A program made the translations under genes and the position numbers. Below are positions 17,672 through 26,451 of a DNA stretch of 58,402 nucleotides, piece by piece. The notes below the pieces were generated by a model. The model was not told the origin of the DNA. It did not search any database and saw nothing but the letters and a program-made list of their open reading frames with translations. Numbering within the stretch: the first letter of the stretch is position 1; the number at the start of each line of letters is the position of its first letter. Location: assembly GCA_041736805.1 (NCBI GenBank), contig JBGSSW010000008.1, positions 68,897 to 127,298 of the forward strand, read 5' to 3'. The stretch comes from Minisyncoccia bacterium. GTDB taxonomy: Bacteria > Patescibacteriota > Minisyncoccia > Phycocordibacterales > UBA918.

Positions 17672-17723
17672 TTTACAACGAAAAGACCGCAAACCTTTAG
17701 GTTTGCGGTCTTTTCGTTGTAAA
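17672..17723. terminator. Terminator / long perfect inverted repeat
   Basis: 25-bp perfect arms TTTACAACGAAAAGACCGCAAACCT-tt-AGGTTTGCGGTCTTTTCGTTGTAAA. Confidence 0.8.
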
Positions 17724-17825
17724 ACAAGCCCAAAATCAAGTTTCTTATTGACTTTTTCTTTAAAATATGCTATTATTATAGGTAGCAAGCACCTCATTTC
17801 GGGGTGTACAAGCTGGGGGATTTCT

Positions 17826-18068
17826 ATGTACAGGACCATTAGTGCACTTGCATTTGTTGCCTTGGGCTACATTTTTTGCTACTACAGCACTGAAAGGCCA
17901 AACTACCCCTTGGTCCAAGCTGCTGGAATCAAGATGGCCGAAGAGAAGTGCCTTCTTGAAGGCGGACTTAGGAACATCGAAGTGAGTCCGGATGAAGTCA
18001 GAGGCCAAAGTACAACTGTGTACGTGGTCACCTGCATCAATCAAGTGCGAACAGTTTTTGTCCTATAA
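17826..18068 (+). CDS. Small exported hypothetical protein (SD-led orphan cassette)
   Basis: Promoter TTGACT-N17-TATTAT (17748-17776), GGGGGA before ATG, hydrophobic N-terminus, own terminator 18088-18118. Confidence 0.6.
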   Translation: MYRTISALAFVALGYIFCYYSTERPNYPLVQAAGIKMAEEKCLLEGGLRNIEVSPDEVRGQSTTVYVVTCINQVRTVFVL

Positions 18069-18136
18069 TCACCCATAAATCTACCACAAAGTCACTTCTC
18101 GGGGGTGGCTTTCTTTTTATATTTTTATGGGGTCTC

Positions 18137-18177
18137 TTGTTAGATGGGCGGAGGCGAAGCCTCTGCCCATCTAACAA
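18137..18177. repeat. GC-rich hairpin (REP-like)
   Basis: TTGTTAGATGGGCGGAGGC-gaa-GCCTCTGCCCATCTAACAA. Confidence 0.65.
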
Positions 18178-18200
18178 TCCGGCAGGAAAGTCTATTTTAT

Positions 18201-18228
18201 TTGACTTTTCAGCCAATTTTGGTACTGT
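18201..18228 (+). promoter_or_regulatory. Promoter of the rpsS..rplE block
   Basis: TTGACT-N16-TACTGT with TG extension. Confidence 0.65.
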
Positions 18229-18495
18229 AGCTTGGTTCCAACCTCACGTGAGTAGTGTCACTCACACGTAGAAAAGTTAAGAAGTACAAGTTATTAAGAG
18301 TTGGGAATCTCTGATAAGGACGGCCGTTACCTTTCTTTGCAAGAGATTCTCACAAACGTGTCTTCGACACGTCTTTATTCGTATCAAAAGAGATTAGCGA
18401 AAGTTTGAGCTTTTTTGTTCCAGGAATTTGCTCTAGGAAAGAGCAAATTCGGAACTAAATTCTAAATAGTCGTTACACTCCTTTTATCATTTAAT

Positions 18496-18837
18496 ATGTC
18501 ACGATCACTCTATAAAGGACCATACATAAACGAAAAGTTGCTGAAAAAGATCGCCGGTAAGAAACCCGGAGAGAGTGCCATCATCAAGACTTGGGCCCGC
18601 GATAGTGTTATCGCCCCAGAAATGGTGGGATTCACCTTCGGAGTTCATAACGGCAAAGACCATATTTCAGTCGTAGTGGCAGAAGAAATGGTTGGACACC
18701 GTTTAGGAGAATTCTCTCCTACTAAGAAGTTCCACAGGCATGGAGGTAAGATGCAGAAGGAGCTTGAGCAGAAGAAGAAGGAAGCAGAAATTACAGCTGC
18801 CAAAGCTGCTAAGACCACCACTGCTACTAAGAAGTAG
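18496..18837 (+). CDS. rpsS: 30S ribosomal protein S19
   Basis: MSRSLYKGPY, IKTWARDS, VHNGK, MVGHRLGEFSPT. Confidence 0.97.
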   Translation: MSRSLYKGPYINEKLLKKIAGKKPGESAIIKTWARDSVIAPEMVGFTFGVHNGKDHISVVVAEEMVGHRLGEFSPTKKFHRHGGKMQKELEQKKKEAEITAAKAAKTTTATKK

Positions 18838-18845
18838 TCCCTATT

Positions 18846-19169
18846 ATGAAAGCAATACTAAAAAATTACCGACAATCACCACGTAAGGTTCGCCTAATCG
18901 CTGATGTTGTTCGAGGTAAGAAAGTTACCGAAGCCATTGCCACTCTAAAGTTTGTTGATAAACGAGCTTCAGGACCATTTGCAAAACTTATTGAGTCTGC
19001 CCTAGCTAATGCTGTGCAGGCCGGTAAGCAACCAGCAAATCTCTTTATCAAGAAAGTTTCAGTTGATAAGGGAATGACCATCAAGCGGTTCATGCCACGT
19101 GCGCGCGGCTCAGCGTCACGCATTAATAAGCGAAATAGTAATATCTCAGTCGAGCTCGGCGAGAAATAA
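18846..19169 (+). CDS. rplV: 50S ribosomal protein L22
   Basis: QSPRKVRLIAD, KRFMPRARGSA. Confidence 0.97.
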   Translation: MKAILKNYRQSPRKVRLIADVVRGKKVTEAIATLKFVDKRASGPFAKLIESALANAVQAGKQPANLFIKKVSVDKGMTIKRFMPRARGSASRINKRNSNISVELGEK

Positions 19170-19174
19170 TACCT

Positions 19175-19891
19175 ATGACACACGTAGCACATCCATATGT
19201 ACAGCGTATCGGGGTTAATCGCGACTGGAAGAGTCGATGGTTTACTACTGACGCTAAGAAGTTCCGCGAATATATTCGTACTGACGCAGCTATCAGACGC
19301 CTTTTGGAAAAAAGACTAAAAGGAATGTCGATTGATACTGTTGAAATCGAACGTAGTCAAAAAGAAGTGAAGATTATCGTAAAAACAGCTCGTCCTGGTC
19401 TCGTTATTGGCCGTAGTGGAGAAGGAGCAACCAAACTCAAGAAGGAGATTGACATGCTACTTCGCACGCTAAAGCTAACTGAAAGACTCGAAATCAAACT
19501 TGATGTTGAAGAAATTCGTTCTCCAGAATCAAGTGCCAATATTGTTGGTCAAATGATTGCTGAAGGTCTAGAAAAAAGACTTACTTTCAGACGAGTCATG
19601 AAACAAACTATCGAAAAAGTGATGGCTAACCGAGATGTTGAAGGAGTACGTATTATTCTTTCTGGTCGTCTAGGTGGAGCAGATATGGCTCGAAAAGAAG
19701 AGTTAAAGAAAGGTCGAATTCCCCTTCAGACCCTGCGAGCTGACATTGATTTCGCTCGCGTAACTGCTCGTCTACCTTATGGTGCGATTGGTATTAAGGT
19801 TTGGATTTACCGCGGACAAGTCTTTGCAGACCGAAAAGCCAATCCGGCTGAGACTGCACCACGTACTAGTAGAGGAGAACAAACCGCTTAA
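19175..19891 (+). CDS. rpsC: 30S ribosomal protein S3
   Basis: ARPGLVIGR, SGRLGGADMAR, PLQTLRADID, GIKVWI. Confidence 0.98.
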   Translation: MTHVAHPYVQRIGVNRDWKSRWFTTDAKKFREYIRTDAAIRRLLEKRLKGMSIDTVEIERSQKEVKIIVKTARPGLVIGRSGEGATKLKKEIDMLLRTLKLTERLEIKLDVEEIRSPESSANIVGQMIAEGLEKRLTFRRVMKQTIEKVMANRDVEGVRIILSGRLGGADMARKEELKKGRIPLQTLRADIDFARVTARLPYGAIGIKVWIYRGQVFADRKANPAETAPRTSRGEQTA

Positions 19892-19902
19892 TTATATTCT
19901 GT

Positions 19903-20337
19903 ATGTTATTTCCAAAAAAAGTTAAGCACCGAAAGTGGCAAACTGGCCGCAAAAGTGAAGCCAAGCGTAATGCTCCAGATACACGTGGTATCGAAGTTTC
20001 CTTTGGTTCTTACGGCCTTAAAGCTACAACTGAATCGCGTGTGCGTTCAAATCAAATCGAAGCCGCTCGTCGTGTTATTTCTAGAACCCTAGGTAAGACT
20101 GGTAAAATTTGGATTCGAATTTTCCCTGACAAGCCAATTACTCAGAAAGCCGCTGAAGTACCGATGGGTAAAGGAAAGGGAGATCCTGATCACTTTGTTT
20201 TCGAAGTACGACCAGGTCGAATTATTTTTGAAGTAGAAGGAGTGACTGAAGAGTTGGCTAAGGAAGCTTTTAGAAAAGCGACCGCCAAACTTCCATTACA
20301 AGGTAAACTCGTGCGTCGTGAAGAGACGCGCGCGTAA
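19903..20337 (+). CDS. rplP: 50S ribosomal protein L16
   Basis: MLFPKKVKHRK, IWIRIFPDKP, MGKGKG. Confidence 0.98.
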   Translation: MLFPKKVKHRKWQTGRKSEAKRNAPDTRGIEVSFGSYGLKATTESRVRSNQIEAARRVISRTLGKTGKIWIRIFPDKPITQKAAEVPMGKGKGDPDHFVFEVRPGRIIFEVEGVTEELAKEAFRKATAKLPLQGKLVRREETRA

Positions 20338-20349
20338 TATTCTAGCTAT

Positions 20350-20553
20350 ATGACAAACAAAATGTCAGAAATCAGAGAGAAAACTGAAGCTGAACTAATT
20401 GAGTTGGTTAACACCTCAAGGGAAATAGTTCGAGCCGAACGTTTCAAGGATAGATTTAGTCGCAAGGCTAGCGTTATCACTGGTGCTAAGCGAGAAATTG
20501 CTCGTGCCCTCACTCTGTTGTCAGCCCGCCGAAATAATAAAGATGCAAAATAA
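20350..20553 (+). CDS. rpmC: 50S ribosomal protein L29
   Basis: EIREKT..ERF..AKREIARALT; syntenic position. Confidence 0.88.
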   Translation: MTNKMSEIREKTEAELIELVNTSREIVRAERFKDRFSRKASVITGAKREIARALTLLSARRNNKDAK

Positions 20554-20558
20554 TTAGT

Positions 20559-20819
20559 ATGACAACTGAAAACACAACAGTATCAAACCGCCGTATCCTT
20601 CGCGGAACCGTGGTCTCTACTAAAATGCAAGACACTATCACAGTAGCTGTCGAACGTTATGTAAAGCACCCAAAGTACAAGAAGTTTATGCGACGTTCAA
20701 AGAAATTCTTGGTACATGACGCAGGTAATACTGCAAAGGAAGGACAAGTGGTCGACATTAGAGAAGTGCCGCCGATGTCAAAGCGAAAGCATTTTGAGCT
20801 AGTAATAGACGCAAAATAG
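20559..20819 (+). CDS. rpsQ: 30S ribosomal protein S17
   Basis: GTVVSTKMQDTITV, HPKYKK, PMSKRK. Confidence 0.97.
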   Translation: MTTENTTVSNRRILRGTVVSTKMQDTITVAVERYVKHPKYKKFMRRSKKFLVHDAGNTAKEGQVVDIREVPPMSKRKHFELVIDAK

Positions 20820-20820
20820 T

Positions 20821-21192
20821 ATGATTCAGCCACAAACAATAGTTAAAATAACTGATAACTCTGGTGCTAAAATCGGCCGAGTATTTAAGGTGCTCGGCGG
20901 TTCTAAGAAGCGCTACGCAGAGTTGGGAGAAATGGTAGTTCTTTCTGTTCAAACCGCTGAGCCACGTAAGCAAGTGAAGAAGAAAGATGTTGTTTACGGA
21001 GTAGTAGTGCGACAGAGAAAGCCATTTCGAAGAAAGGACGGATCATACGTTAGTTTCGATGATAATGCGGTTGTGCTAGTTGATAAAGCAAAGAAAGAGC
21101 CAAGAGCTAACCGTGTTTTTGGTCCGATCCCGCGCGAAATATCTGAAGCTGGTTATCAGAAAATAGTTTCATTAGCACCAGAAGTGGTCTAG
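20821..21192 (+). CDS. rplN: 50S ribosomal protein L14
   Basis: MIQPQT..DNSGAK, FDDNAVV, RVFGPI, SLAPEV. Confidence 0.98.
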   Translation: MIQPQTIVKITDNSGAKIGRVFKVLGGSKKRYAELGEMVVLSVQTAEPRKQVKKKDVVYGVVVRQRKPFRRKDGSYVSFDDNAVVLVDKAKKEPRANRVFGPIPREISEAGYQKIVSLAPEVV

Positions 21193-21213
21193 TGACTCAT
21201 AAATTATTTCAGT

Positions 21214-21525
21214 ATGAAAATCAGAAAAGGAGATACCGTGCAAATAATTGCCGGAAAAGATAAAGGAAAGACTGGACCAGTTACAACCGTTTTGGCTAAG
21301 ACTGAACAAGTTGTAGTTGAAGGACTAAACATTGTTAAGAAGCACCAAAAAAGTAAAAAGACAGGTTCACAAGGTCAGATTATTGATAGGAGTATGCCGA
21401 TTCATGTTTCAAATGTCTCTCTAGTAGAGGGTGGAAAAACAGTTCGAGTAGGGTATACCTTTGAAGGCGAAGGCGAAAAAAGAAAGAAAGTACGAGTCGC
21501 TCGTCCTAGTGGTAAGAAATTATAA
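21214..21525 (+). CDS. rplX: 50S ribosomal protein L24
   Basis: KGDTVQIIAGKDKGK, PIHVSNV. Confidence 0.97.
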   Translation: MKIRKGDTVQIIAGKDKGKTGPVTTVLAKTEQVVVEGLNIVKKHQKSKKTGSQGQIIDRSMPIHVSNVSLVEGGKTVRVGYTFEGEGEKRKKVRVARPSGKKL

Positions 21526-21529
21526 TAGT

Positions 21530-22063
21530 ATGGAAACGACACAAACTAAAATAGGTAGCGTTTACAAATCACTGAAAGGTGAATTTGGATATAAGAACGT
21601 AATGCAAGCACCTAAAATAGAGAAAGTAGTAATTTCAGTTGGTACTGGTCGTGTTCAAGATAAGGCGAAAATTGCCCTTATTCAAGACCGACTAGCTCGT
21701 ATCACTGGACAAAAGGCTTCAAGACGTCCAGCCAAGCAATCAATCGCTTCATTTAAGCTAAGAGAGGGTGACATTATTGGTTACCAAGTTACTTTGCGAG
21801 GAAAGAGAATGATTCACTTTGTTGATAAACTAATTCATGTGGCCTTGCCACAAACTCGGGACTTCCGAGGACTAAAGATTTCATCTATTGATGAAATGGG
21901 TAACTATACAATGGGTATCAAGGAACACACAATTTTCCCTGAATGTGAAGATGAAGAAATTAAGGATGTGTTTTCATTTGCAGTTACCATCGTAACTACA
22001 GCGAAAACAAAGCAGGAAGCAGAAGCTTTCCTAAGACACTTAGGCTTGCCGCTGCAAAAATAA
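21530..22063 (+). CDS. rplE: 50S ribosomal protein L5
   Basis: NVMQAPKIEKVV, ITGQK, SIASFKLREG, GNYTMGIKEH; ATG 21530. Confidence 0.97.
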   Translation: METTQTKIGSVYKSLKGEFGYKNVMQAPKIEKVVISVGTGRVQDKAKIALIQDRLARITGQKASRRPAKQSIASFKLREGDIIGYQVTLRGKRMIHFVDKLIHVALPQTRDFRGLKISSIDEMGNYTMGIKEHTIFPECEDEEIKDVFSFAVTIVTTAKTKQEAEAFLRHLGLPLQK

Positions 22064-22119
22064 GCTCTGCTTATTTTTGGAAAGCAAACAATTTTGCATT
22101 CGGCAGTGGGAAGAGAGGT

Positions 22120-22172
22120 AATTAAATAAAGAAAAGCCCCGGCCTTTGGCTGGGGCTTTTCTTTATTTAATT
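22120..22172. terminator. Terminator after rplE / long inverted repeat
   Basis: 25-bp arms (one G-T) AATTAAATAAAGAAAAGCCCCGGCC-ttt-GGCTGGGGCTTTTCTTTATTTAATT. Confidence 0.85.
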
Positions 22173-22220
22173 TTCTGGTATTAATTATGGGTTGGTAAGT
22201 AAATCAAAGTGAGGACAAAC

Positions 22221-22544
22221 ATGAAGATTGATATCAGTGATATTTGTAAGCGTCAAGGTCTTTTACCTTACGAAATATCAGCTTTGCTTGGTTCCAACCA
22301 TTCAAATCAGTTAAGGTTAGTGGCGATTGAAGAACATCGACCAATGACAATTGCTTTCTACTGGTTGCTGCAACATTTACCAGAACAAGTCATACCAACT
22401 TTGTTGGATCGGTGGCTCTATGACAAGCCAAAGGACGAAGAGCAAGTGCGTTTACTTATCCAAATTGCCAGGCGGCATAAGAAAATACCCAGGTTCAAGA
22501 TTTGGGATAAGGCTATTCGAAGAATGCACCCTGAGTTTTTCTAG
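22221..22544 (+). CDS. Hypothetical protein, possible N-terminal XRE-like HTH
   Basis: GAGGA before ATG; ICKRQGLLPYEISALLG..LVAIEE. Confidence 0.55.
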   Translation: MKIDISDICKRQGLLPYEISALLGSNHSNQLRLVAIEEHRPMTIAFYWLLQHLPEQVIPTLLDRWLYDKPKDEEQVRLLIQIARRHKKIPRFKIWDKAIRRMHPEFF

Positions 22545-22671
22545 TGGTGAATTCATCACTTACCAAGGCCTGCTTAAAAAAGAGGTCTTTGTTTATTTGC
22601 ATTTAAGCAATAAATTCGGTATATATTTACTTGGTTCTATAACTTTATGGTCCATAGAAGGAGTCAATGTC

Positions 22672-22923
22672 ATGGAAAATGCTTTTGGTATCGTGAGTGA
22701 GCGAAATGACCAACGCTACAAATACTTGGTCAGATTTAAGTCGACCAGCAGTGGGGGAAGGATCGCCCTTTTTCCAGAAGATTGGCACGAACATTGTGGA
22801 CATCCCACTACCTCTTCATACAGCCCAAGTTTCAACTTGCATGGGTATGAAGGTCCTGGAAGTGACTGGTCAGTAGATAATACGTACGGAACAATCTATC
22901 AGAAATTCTCTGGTGGCAGCTAG
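22672..22923 (+). CDS. Hypothetical protein (SD-led orphan)
   Basis: AAGGAG upstream; hairpin 22949-22972 downstream; start and frame uncertain. Confidence 0.4.
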   Translation: MENAFGIVSERNDQRYKYLVRFKSTSSGGRIALFPEDWHEHCGHPTTSSYSPSFNLHGYEGPGSDWSVDNTYGTIYQKFSGGS

Positions 22924-23070
22924 AAGTTGTAATGAAAGACCTGATTCGAGCCCGTTGCGTCAGCAACGGGCTTAGTTATTTACTTATCAAGTCAAATATA
23001 GTACTTTCATGGAAGATGATTTGGGTCGTTAATAAATTTGTAGCTTAAACTTTTCTGGAAGGAGATTAGT

Positions 23071-23613
23071 ATGAGTTCATCATATATTCAAAATGGTGTG
23101 ACTTGGGATGTTCAAGGTATAGGAACCTTCAAAATCAAAGACATCAGAGATACTCTTCTAGTATCCTACGAAAATGAGTATTCTGTCAGGAGAACATACT
23201 CACAAACTAAGACCTTACCCACATTGTGGGCCAACTGTCTTTGGTTAATGACATATGACCAGGCATTGTTGTATGAATCAGCTTTTCATGTAAAAAACAA
23301 AGGAGAGCATCAATCGGTTCGAACGGTACGTAAAAAGGTTTTAGGTCTAAATGTATATGAATTTTCAAATTTGATTGGCTTTTCAACCAATCACATACAT
23401 CATCTTGAACAAGGAGGTGTGTTTTTAAGTGAAAGAAGCGTACGTCTACACTTATTAAATACAATCCTCAGAATGCTTTCAGTTTGTCACTGCCAAACCC
23501 TCACAATTCGTCGACTGCTACATTTGGCACGGTACAGGGCCGCAACACCAAGTGAGCATGCGGCGGTAACTCATTTGCGACATATACTAATCGCTCCACG
23601 TCCATCAAATTGA
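23071..23613 (+). CDS. Hypothetical protein with internal XRE-type HTH
   Basis: AAGGAG SD; VRTVRKKVLGLNVYEFSNLIGFSTNHIHHLEQG; terminator 23628-23651. Confidence 0.6.
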   Translation: MSSSYIQNGVTWDVQGIGTFKIKDIRDTLLVSYENEYSVRRTYSQTKTLPTLWANCLWLMTYDQALLYESAFHVKNKGEHQSVRTVRKKVLGLNVYEFSNLIGFSTNHIHHLEQGGVFLSERSVRLHLLNTILRMLSVCHCQTLTIRRLLHLARYRAATPSEHAAVTHLRHILIAPRPSN

Positions 23614-23661
23614 TTCAAAACCAATTTCACCGCTCCGGCGGTGTTATTTTTGCTAGGTAAC

Positions 23662-23689
23662 TTGACTTTAGGCCTATTTTTGTTACTCT
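23662..23689 (+). promoter_or_regulatory. Promoter of the rpsN..secY block
   Basis: TTGACT-N16-TACTCT with TG extension. Confidence 0.65.
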
Positions 23690-23818
23690 TGGCGGCAAGG
23701 CGAGGTATGGAGAAACTCTAAAAAGACTCTTTATCTGCTGCTTAGCTTCGGTTAGGCGATTATCAGGAAGTAAGTTACGAATAACTACGTAATACTACTT
23801 CATAACATACACAATTTT

Positions 23819-24004
23819 GTGGCACGAAAATCAGTAATAATTCGTTCAATTCGCGAACCAAAATTTGCTTCGCAAGTTGTACGTAGATGCAAGCTATGTG
23901 CTAGAAAGCGAGGCTATATGCGGGATTTCGATCTCTGTCGTATTTGCTTCCGCGAATTAGCTCATGAAGGACATATACCAGGTATAAAGAAATCATCATG
24001 GTAG
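23819..24004 (+). CDS. rpsN: 30S ribosomal protein S14 (zinc-binding type Z)
   Basis: RCKLCARKRG..LCRICFRELA..IPGIKKSSW. Confidence 0.97.
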   Translation: MARKSVIIRSIREPKFASQVVRRCKLCARKRGYMRDFDLCRICFRELAHEGHIPGIKKSSW

Positions 24005-24390
24005 GAGATACAATTGGCGATTTCATCATCCGACTGAAGAATGCGGGTATGGTGGGCAAGAAAGAAATTTCTGTTCCTTACTCAAAGCTTCGTCATGCTG
24101 TCGCAGAAAAATTAGTGGCAGCCGGTTACCTTGAGAAAGCAGAGCAACAAGGTAAGAAAGTTCAGAAGACATTAGCCGTGACTCTAAAGTATGAAGGAAG
24201 CAAACACCGGATTTCTGGTGTAAAGCGAATTTCAAAACCGGGTCGACGTCTATACACAAAGGTCGCAGATATTCATCCCGTTAAATTCGGTCAAGGGCAT
24301 ATGATCCTTTCTACACCAGCTGGTATCCTCACAAATGATGAGGCACGAGCACAAAATGTAGGAGGAGAGCAGCTCTTTATCATTTGGTAA
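23998..24390 (+). CDS. rpsH: 30S ribosomal protein S8
   Basis: DTIGDFIIRLKNA, RISKPGRRLY, ILSTPAG, VGGE. Confidence 0.97.
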   Translation: MVGDTIGDFIIRLKNAGMVGKKEISVPYSKLRHAVAEKLVAAGYLEKAEQQGKKVQKTLAVTLKYEGSKHRISGVKRISKPGRRLYTKVADIHPVKFGQGHMILSTPAGILTNDEARAQNVGGEQLFIIW

Positions 24391-24391
24391 T

Positions 24392-24922
24392 ATGAGTAGA
24401 TTAGGAAAACAACCAGTCATTATCCCAGCCGGTGTCACAGTAACTTGTGACGATGGTCTACTTAAGGTAGCCGGCCCCAAAGGTACTCTGACTCGAGAAA
24501 TTAAGTCAGATGTTACTGTAAATATTGAAGCTAAAGAAATAAATGTAATTCCAAGTAAGACAGACGCAGCTAAGGCCTTATGGGGAACTTATGCCGCTCA
24601 TTTGCGTAACATGATTAAGGGTGTTACTGAAGGCTTTACTAAGATATTGGAAATCGAAGGAGTAGGATATCGTGCAGAAGTGAAAGGCAACAACTTAGTT
24701 TTAAGTGTCGGTTTTTCACACCCAGTTAATCTAGAAATTCCAGCTGGAATAACAGCGTCAGTAGAAAAGACAGTTGTTACTCTCACTAGTTTTGACAAGG
24801 ATTTACTTGGACAATTCGCAGCTAATGTCCGTAAAGTTAAGAAGCCAGAGCCTTACAAAGGTAAAGGTATTCGGTATCGTGGAGAGTTTATTATTCGCAA
24901 ACAAGGTAAGAAGGCTGCGTAG
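24392..24922 (+). CDS. rplF: 50S ribosomal protein L6
   Basis: MSRLGKQP, GVGYRA, PEPYKGKGIRY. Confidence 0.98.
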   Translation: MSRLGKQPVIIPAGVTVTCDDGLLKVAGPKGTLTREIKSDVTVNIEAKEINVIPSKTDAAKALWGTYAAHLRNMIKGVTEGFTKILEIEGVGYRAEVKGNNLVLSVGFSHPVNLEIPAGITASVEKTVVTLTSFDKDLLGQFAANVRKVKKPEPYKGKGIRYRGEFIIRKQGKKAA

Positions 24923-24943
24923 GCCCGTAATTCGAATTGAAAT

Positions 24944-25294
24944 ATGGAAAAAACACAGTACAAACAAACTAAACGGGTTGTTAGACACAACCGGATTCGA
25001 GCTAAGGTGTCTGGTACAGCCCTGCGACCTCGTCTAGCTATCTTTCGTAGTAATCGCTTTGTTTACGCACAGCTGATTGATGACGTGAATGGTAAGACCC
25101 TTGCAGCCGTAGATACTCGAAAGCAAAAAGGAGGAACTTTAACAGAACGTTCAGTTGCTGTCGGCGCTGAAATGGCAAAAAAAGCTATTGCTCTAGGAGC
25201 AAAGGAAGTTGTATTTGACCGAGGAGGTTTTCGTTACCAAGGAAACATCGCCGCCCTAGCAGATAGTGCGCGGAGTGGAGGATTGGTATTCTAG
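24944..25294 (+). CDS. rplR: 50S ribosomal protein L18
   Basis: RPRLAIFRSN..YAQLIDD, VVFDRGG. Confidence 0.97.
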   Translation: MEKTQYKQTKRVVRHNRIRAKVSGTALRPRLAIFRSNRFVYAQLIDDVNGKTLAAVDTRKQKGGTLTERSVAVGAEMAKKAIALGAKEVVFDRGGFRYQGNIAALADSARSGGLVF

Positions 25295-25325
25295 AGTGAG
25301 TTTACAATAATTAAGAAATTTAATA

Positions 25326-25979
25326 ATGTCAGAAATTAAACAGCAGGAAGCTACAACTGGTACTACACCAGAACCAGAAGTGTCAAGTGTGACACCTTCT
25401 ACCGATGCACCCGCTGTGCCTGAATCAGAAACAAAAACTGATGCTGCCGATACAACGCAGCGTGGGCGCGGTCCGAGAAGTCAGGGAGGAAATGATCGGC
25501 GAAACCAAAGACGTCCACGTCGTGGAGGTCGGCCAGAGCGAGTCCGTCCAGAGTTCGATCAAAAAATCATTAGTATTCGACGCGTAACTAGAGTTATGGC
25601 CGGTGGTCGTCGTTTTAGTTTTTCGGTCGCAATGGTGATTGGAGATAAGCGAGGTAAGGTAGGTGTAGGAATTGGTAAGGCTGGAGATACACAACTAGCA
25701 ATTGAAAAAGCGGTTCGAGATGCTAAGAAACACATGATTGTCGTGACGATGAACAAAGAAGGTTATATTCCACATGATGTTCACACCAAGTATGCTTCTA
25801 GTGAAGTGATGATGATGCCAGCCCCAGGTCGTGGACTTGTAGCTGGTTCATCAGTCCGAACGGTACTTGAACATGCTGGAGTAAAAGATGTTACAGCTAA
25901 GATTTTCTCTCGCAGTAAAAACAAGCTTAATAATGCACGTGCTGCAGTCGAAGCACTTAAACTTCTAAAGAAAAACTAG
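25326..25979 (+). CDS. rpsE: 30S ribosomal protein S5 with long N-terminal extension
   Basis: RRVTRVMAGGRRFSFS, PAPGRGLVAG. Confidence 0.97.
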   Translation: MSEIKQQEATTGTTPEPEVSSVTPSTDAPAVPESETKTDAADTTQRGRGPRSQGGNDRRNQRRPRRGGRPERVRPEFDQKIISIRRVTRVMAGGRRFSFSVAMVIGDKRGKVGVGIGKAGDTQLAIEKAVRDAKKHMIVVTMNKEGYIPHDVHTKYASSEVMMMPAPGRGLVAGSSVRTVLEHAGVKDVTAKIFSRSKNKLNNARAAVEALKLLKKN

Positions 25980-25980
25980 T

Positions 25981-26433
25981 ATGCAGCTACATGAATTAAA
26001 ACCAACCTCAGTCCGAAAAACTACTAAGCGTATTGGACGTGGTGGAAAAAGAGGTAAGACCTCAGGTCGTGGTGGAAAAGGACAAACTGCTCGAACAGGT
26101 AATAGTACTCGTCCAGAAATGCGTGACTTCATCAAGAAATTACCAAAACTTCGTGGACATGGTAAAAATCGAGCTAGAACTGTAAACAGTGAAAGAGTAT
26201 TAGCTTTCCCAGTTAATCTTTCTCGTTTGGAAGCCGCTTTTGCAGCGGGTGATATTGTTTCTCCAAAAACTCTTGTAATAAAGGGTGTGGTTGAAACTGT
26301 TAGTAAGAAAGCTCCAGTCGTAAAGATTCTCGCTACTGGCGAAATTACCAAGAAGTTAACTATTGAAGGATGCCAAATTTCAGCTGCTGCTCAAGCTAAG
26401 ATTGAAAAAGCTGGTGGAAAGGTTACAAAATAG
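25981..26433 (+). CDS. rplO: 50S ribosomal protein L15
   Basis: RIGRGG..GKTSGRGGKGQTAR, KIEKAGG. Confidence 0.97.
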   Translation: MQLHELKPTSVRKTTKRIGRGGKRGKTSGRGGKGQTARTGNSTRPEMRDFIKKLPKLRGHGKNRARTVNSERVLAFPVNLSRLEAAFAAGDIVSPKTLVIKGVVETVSKKAPVVKILATGEITKKLTIEGCQISAAAQAKIEKAGGKVTK

Positions 26434-26451
26434 TTAATATAGAGTCACAAT

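Noticed and set aside
22351-22671. 5' part of the 190-aa ORF
   Set aside because: Overlaps the preceding gene in another frame and spans a promoter-like region; SD supports a start at 22672
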